From Candidatus Omnitrophota bacterium (lineage in GTDB: Bacteria; Omnitrophota; Gorgyraeia; Gygaellales; JBFMHM01): DNA of 64,000 bases. The notes below the pieces were generated by a model that was not told the DNA's origin, made no database searches, and was given only the letters and a program-made list of their open reading frames with translations. Location of the stretch: positions 8,193 to 72,192 of the forward strand of contig JBFMHM010000001.1 of the NCBI GenBank assembly GCA_040753015.1, read 5' to 3'. Numbering within the stretch: the first letter of the stretch is position 1; the number at the start of each line of letters is the position of its first letter. Of this stretch, positions 60,005-64,000 are shown in pieces. Made by a program: the position numbers and the translations under genes.

Positions 60005-60542
60005 ATTAAAAGCAGGATTAACGGTCCTAGTTAATAATATAGTTTATCTTATCTTAAGTGTTGACCACGTAAAACCCGGTAAGGGCGCAGCTTTCTCTCG
60101 GGCTAAACTGCGTGATTTAAAAACCGGCAATGTACTTGAGAAAACATTTAGAAATGAACAAATTCAGGAAGCATTTGTCGAAAAAAAACCTTCTCAATTT
60201 ACTTATAAATCCGGAGACGATTATCACTTTATGGATCAGGAAACCTTTGAAGAAATTATTATATCTAAAGAACAATTAGCTGATAATGTAAAATTCTTAA
60301 AAGATAATCTTGTAATCGATATCTTATGCTACAAAGATGAAATCTTAAATATAAACTTGCCTAATTTTATAGAGTTTAAAGTTATTGCTACTGAACCCGG
60401 AATAAAAGGCGACACTGCAAAATCTTCCGGAAAGCCTGCGACAATTGAAACAGGTGCAGAAATACAAGTACCTTTATTTATAAATATAGGTGATATTATA
60501 AAAATAGACACGAGAACTGGAGAATATTTAGGTAGAGTCTAA
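59985..60542 (+). CDS. efp: Elongation factor P
   Basis: KPGKG, PGIKGDT and VPLFI motifs. Confidence 0.97.
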   Translation: MALSPNELKAGLTVLVNNIVYLILSVDHVKPGKGAAFSRAKLRDLKTGNVLEKTFRNEQIQEAFVEKKPSQFTYKSGDDYHFMDQETFEEIIISKEQLADNVKFLKDNLVIDILCYKDEILNINLPNFIEFKVIATEPGIKGDTAKSSGKPATIETGAEIQVPLFINIGDIIKIDTRTGEYLGRV

Positions 60543-60557
60543 TAGCGAAAGGGTATT

Positions 60558-61010
60558 ATGAATATAAAAGAAATTAAAGAAATGATAAACCTGATGAATG
60601 AAAATAATCTTAACGAACTTGAAATTGAAAAAGAAGGAACCCGTATAAAGCTAAAACGAGGCAATGCGCAAGAAATACAAAATCCGGCACCGGTTATCAT
60701 TGAAAAAACAACACCGTTAATTAATCAACCAACAACTACACAAAAAACACAAGAAACCCTAAAAACAAATACTGTAGAAATAAAAGCGCCAATGGTAGGG
60801 ACTTTCTATCGCGCGCCCAGCCCAGAAGCGCAACCATTTGTAGAAATTGGACAAGTTGTCTCTCCTAAAGATACAGTATGTATAATTGAAGCAATGAAAT
60901 TGATGAATGAAATCAAAGCTGAAATTAAAGGAAAGATTGTCGAAATATTGATCGAGAATGCACAGCCTATCGAATTTGGCCAACCGTTATTTATAATTGA
61001 ACCTGCCTAA
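60558..61010 (+). CDS. accB: Biotin carboxyl carrier protein
   Basis: APMVGTFY and EAMKLMN motifs. Confidence 0.97.
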   Translation: MNIKEIKEMINLMNENNLNELEIEKEGTRIKLKRGNAQEIQNPAPVIIEKTTPLINQPTTTQKTQETLKTNTVEIKAPMVGTFYRAPSPEAQPFVEIGQVVSPKDTVCIIEAMKLMNEIKAEIKGKIVEILIENAQPIEFGQPLFIIEPA

Positions 61011-61011
61011 G

Positions 61012-62379
61012 ATGTTTTCAAAAATTCTAATTGCAAACCGCGGTGAAATAGCAGTCCGTATAATTCGCGCCTGCAAAGAAATGGGAATTAAAACTGTTGT
61101 GGTTTACTCTGAAGCAGACCGAAAAAGTATGCACGTACGGCTTGCCGACGAAGCAATTTGTATCGGACCAGCATCTTCGACAGCAAGTTACTTAAATATA
61201 CCAGCGATAATAAGTGCGGCTGAAATAACTGATGTTGAAGCAATACACCCCGGATATGGATTCTTAGCAGAAAACGCTCACTTTGCAGAAATTTGCGAAT
61301 CTTGCCATATCTTCTTTATCGGGCCAACACCTCAAAATATAAAATTAATGGGTGATAAGATGGCTGCTCGCACGCATATGCAGAAAATAAAAGTCCCTGT
61401 CGTACCAGGAAGCCAAGATATAATAAAAACAAAAGAAGAAGCATTAAAAATTGCAAATAAAATTAAGTTTCCTGTTATCATCAAAGCGGCCGCTGGCGGC
61501 GGAGGTAAAGGAATGCGCATTGCTCACAATGAAATTAGTTTAATAAATTCATTTATGACAGCGCAGGCAGAAGCTGAAGCAAGTTTTAAAAATTCAAATG
61601 TCTATATAGAAAAATATCTCGAGGAACCGCGCCATATAGAAGTACAAATACTCGCTGATAAATTTGGTAATACAATTTATCTTGGTGAAAGAGAATGTTC
61701 AATTCAAAGACGGCATCAAAAATTATTAGAGGAAGCACCATCAAGCACAGTTGACAATAAATTACGAAAAAAATTAGGAGAACTCGCTGTTAAAGCTGCT
61801 AAATCTATCAATTATGTGAGTGCTGGAACAATCGAATTCCTGCTTGAGAAAAACCATAATATTTATTTCATGGAAATGAATACACGTATACAGGTAGAAC
61901 ATCCGGTAACTGAAATGGTTACTGGCATTGACATTTTAAAAGAACAAATTAAAATAGCCGCTGGCTTGAAATTAAAAATCCAACAGCAAGATGTGCGTAT
62001 TCACGGTGCGGCAATTGAGTGCCGTATAAATGCTGAAGATTATGAAAAAGGTTTTTTGCCCTGCCCGGGAAAAATTGATTTTATTAACCTGCCTTCAGGG
62101 CCGGGGATACGAGTAGATACCCACGTATACCAAGGATATGAAATAAGCCCCTATTACGATTCTTTGATTGCAAAAATAATAAGCTATGGCAAGAATCGTC
62201 ATGAAGCAATTGCTATTATGAAAAGGGCATTAGATGAGCTTTTTATTGAGCCAATAAAAACCAGTGCTGGTTTTCATAAAATTATCCTCGAAAATCCTTT
62301 ATTTCTAGAGGGTAAATTTTCTACTTCGTTTGTACAAAAATTACTGGAAAAAACTGAAAATGAGGAAAAAAATAAATGA
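61012..62379 (+). CDS. accC: Biotin carboxylase
   Basis: [23 protein letters not shown] and [10 protein letters not shown] motifs; ATG at 61012. Confidence 0.97.
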   Translation: MFSKILIANRGEIAVRIIRACKEMGIKTVVVYSEADRKSMHVRLADEAICIGPASSTASYLNIPAIISAAEITDVEAIHPGYGFLAENAHFAEICESCHIFFIGPTPQNIKLMGDKMAARTHMQKIKVPVVPGSQDIIKTKEEALKIANKIKFPVIIKAAAGGGGKGMRIAHNEISLINSFMTAQAEAEASFKNSNVYIEKYLEEPRHIEVQILADKFGNTIYLGERECSIQRRHQKLLEEAPSSTVDNKLRKKLGELAVKAAKSINYVSAGTIEFLLEKNHNIYFMEMNTRIQVEHPVTEMVTGIDILKEQIKIAAGLKLKIQQQDVRIHGAAIECRINAEDYEKGFLPCPGKIDFINLPSGPGIRVDTHVYQGYEISPYYDSLIAKIISYGKNRHEAIAIMKRALDELFIEPIKTSAGFHKIILENPLFLEGKFSTSFVQKLLEKTENEEKNK

Positions 62380-62735
62380 AAGATAAGAATCAAACAGATC
62401 TGGGAGCAATAAAAATTCATAAACAAGTAATCGCATCAGTGGCAAAACATGCCGCCCTTGAAGTAGAAGGCGTAAAAACTGTTGGTAAAAAATTTGAAAT
62501 GTTTATTCACGAAATCTTAGGAATAGAAAAAATATTGTCCGGAATAAAAATAGATATCGAAAAAAACGAAGATGTAAAAATTGAAATCGGCATCATTGTA
62601 AAGTATGGCCACAAGGTTTCAGAAGTCGCCTCAAATGTACAAGATAATATCTTGAAGATGGCAGAAAAAATGCTCGATATAAATTTAAAAGAAGTAAATG
62701 TTAATATTTTGGGTATAGAAAAGGAGGATAAATGA
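62376..62735 (+). CDS. Asp23/Gls24 family protein
   Basis: G.I.I...VIA..A..AA.EVEGV and YG...V..NVQ pattern; usual neighbour of accC. Confidence 0.9.
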   Translation: MKDKNQTDLGAIKIHKQVIASVAKHAALEVEGVKTVGKKFEMFIHEILGIEKILSGIKIDIEKNEDVKIEIGIIVKYGHKVSEVASNVQDNILKMAEKMLDINLKEVNVNILGIEKEDK

Positions 62736-63331
62736 GATTATTTTCTGTTTTAGGCGTAATATTTTATACCACTGTACTTTTAATTTTAGGCAGTTTTATG
62801 ATTATACTGGCACTACAAGTCATTACGCCTTCGGATGTTCTCGTATTTCTACAACAAGTATATCAAAATATTAACTCAAGGTTGATCTTTGGATTAGCTG
62901 GATTATTAATTATGCTTATAAGTATATCTTTTGCTCAAATAATTTTGGGTAAAATGCAAAGAGAAAAAACTATAGGTTTTCCTACACCTTCTGGCAAAGT
63001 TATAATAAGCTTATCGGCAATAGAAGATTTAATTAAAAAAATGCTTGTACGGATTCCTGAAATAAAAGAAAGCCGCCCTGACATTATTGCACATAAAAAA
63101 CGGTTAGATGTAAATTTAAGGCTCGTATTAAATTCTGAAACTAATATAAGCGAACTAACCACAAGACTACAAACTATGATTATAGAAAAAATACAACAAG
63201 TATTAAGCGTGGATGAGGAAATTATGGTAAAAATCCATGTTGCAAAAATTGTTGCCAAGGATTTTAAGCATGGTAAAAAAAATGAAAGCGAAGAAGAACA
63301 AATTCCCTTCCCTGATACTTTTAGAAAATGA
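62732..63331 (+). CDS. amaP: Alkaline shock response membrane anchor (AmaP-like)
   Basis: Two TM helices, G.V.IS..AIE; follows Asp23. Confidence 0.75.
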   Translation: MRLFSVLGVIFYTTVLLILGSFMIILALQVITPSDVLVFLQQVYQNINSRLIFGLAGLLIMLISISFAQIILGKMQREKTIGFPTPSGKVIISLSAIEDLIKKMLVRIPEIKESRPDIIAHKKRLDVNLRLVLNSETNISELTTRLQTMIIEKIQQVLSVDEEIMVKIHVAKIVAKDFKHGKKNESEEEQIPFPDTFRK

Positions 63332-63894
63332 AAGATAACATAATAAGAATTTTGGAAGAAAGCATTGAGGTCAAAAAAAAGGTCATTGAAACTCAATTAG
63401 AAAACATAATTAAAGCTGTTAATACTATCAGTGATTGCTTTAAGAATAAAGGTAAAATAATTTTATTCGGTAACGGCGGCTCAGCCGCAGACTGTCAACA
63501 TATAGCTGCAGAATTAGTCGGGCGCTTTAAAAAAGAAAGGCGGGCATATCCAGCAACTGCATTAACAACTGATAGTTCTATTTTAACAGCTATAGGAAAC
63601 GATTATAATTTTAATAATATATTTTCAAGGCAAATCGAGGCCTTAGGCAATAGAGGCGATGTAGCAATAGGAATATCTACGAGTGGCAACTCCCAAAATA
63701 TCATTGAAGCAATTATTACAGCAAATAATAAAGGGTTAAAAACTATCACATTAACCGGTAACGGTGGGGGTAAACTTAAAACATTATCCAATATCTCAAT
63801 TGAGGTTCCTTCAACAAACACACCAAGAATTCAAGAAACCCATATAGCAATTGCCCATATAATCTGCGAATTAGTTGAAAATACGCTAACATAA
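63328..63894 (+). CDS. gmhA: D-sedoheptulose 7-phosphate isomerase
   Basis: GNGGSAAD, GNDY, STSGNS and RIQE.H motifs. Confidence 0.96.
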   Translation: MKDNIIRILEESIEVKKKVIETQLENIIKAVNTISDCFKNKGKIILFGNGGSAADCQHIAAELVGRFKKERRAYPATALTTDSSILTAIGNDYNFNNIFSRQIEALGNRGDVAIGISTSGNSQNIIEAIITANNKGLKTITLTGNGGGKLKTLSNISIEVPSTNTPRIQETHIAIAHIICELVENTLT

Positions 63895-63908
63895 TTTTCT
63901 TAAAAAAT

Positions 63909-64000
63909 ATGATAAATAATAAGATTAAAAGTCTTGGTGCTTTACTAAAAGTTATAAAAAAATTAAAAGCTAATAATTCTGCCAAAATTGTTTTTACTAA
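63909..64000 (+). CDS. Heptose 1-phosphate adenylyltransferase (RfaE2/HldE-like), 5' fragment cut by the window end
   Basis: MINNKI...KIVFT(N) matches the start of the KIVFTNGCFD motif; follows gmhA. Confidence 0.6.
   Translation, partial: MINNKIKSLGALLKVIKKLKANNSAKIVFT

Overview
Low-GC bacterial chromosomal window in which every credible gene lies on the + strand. The gene content suggests Candidatus Omnitrophota (PVC group); this is inferred from the partial Wood-Ljungdahl cluster, the 3,035-aa secreted giant protein and the gene order, not from a database search. The housekeeping backbone includes gatB, ctpA, tsaD, acsC/acsV/acsD/acsE, tilS-ftsH-folP-cdaA, pdxJ-acpS, hom-thrC-lysC-cimA, valS, nadC, uvrB, coaX, groES/groEL with CIRCE, rpsU, aroQ-efp-accBC, gmhA and five tRNAs. 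Four things stand out. (1) A 3,035-aa signal-peptide protein carries a SidJ-like pseudokinase/glutamylase domain, a GT-B glycosyltransferase-like domain, two HAGR...HE modules and HEAT repeats, resembling a multi-cargo effector. (2) An apparently stand-alone ~300-nt RNA is built on a c-di-GMP-I (GEMM) aptamer that is split by inserted hairpins. (3) A LexA repressor is fused in frame to a DNA methyltransferase, followed by an HNH endonuclease, under a promoter containing a CTGT-N8-ACAG box. (4) Two diverged, covarying copies of a five-hairpin element follow groEL. Smaller observations are REP-like palindromes inside coding sequences, a duplicated signal-peptide 5' end, a membrane-anchor-only CdaR and a bactofilin-HTH fusion. 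All family assignments come from motif recognition and recall, not from searches.
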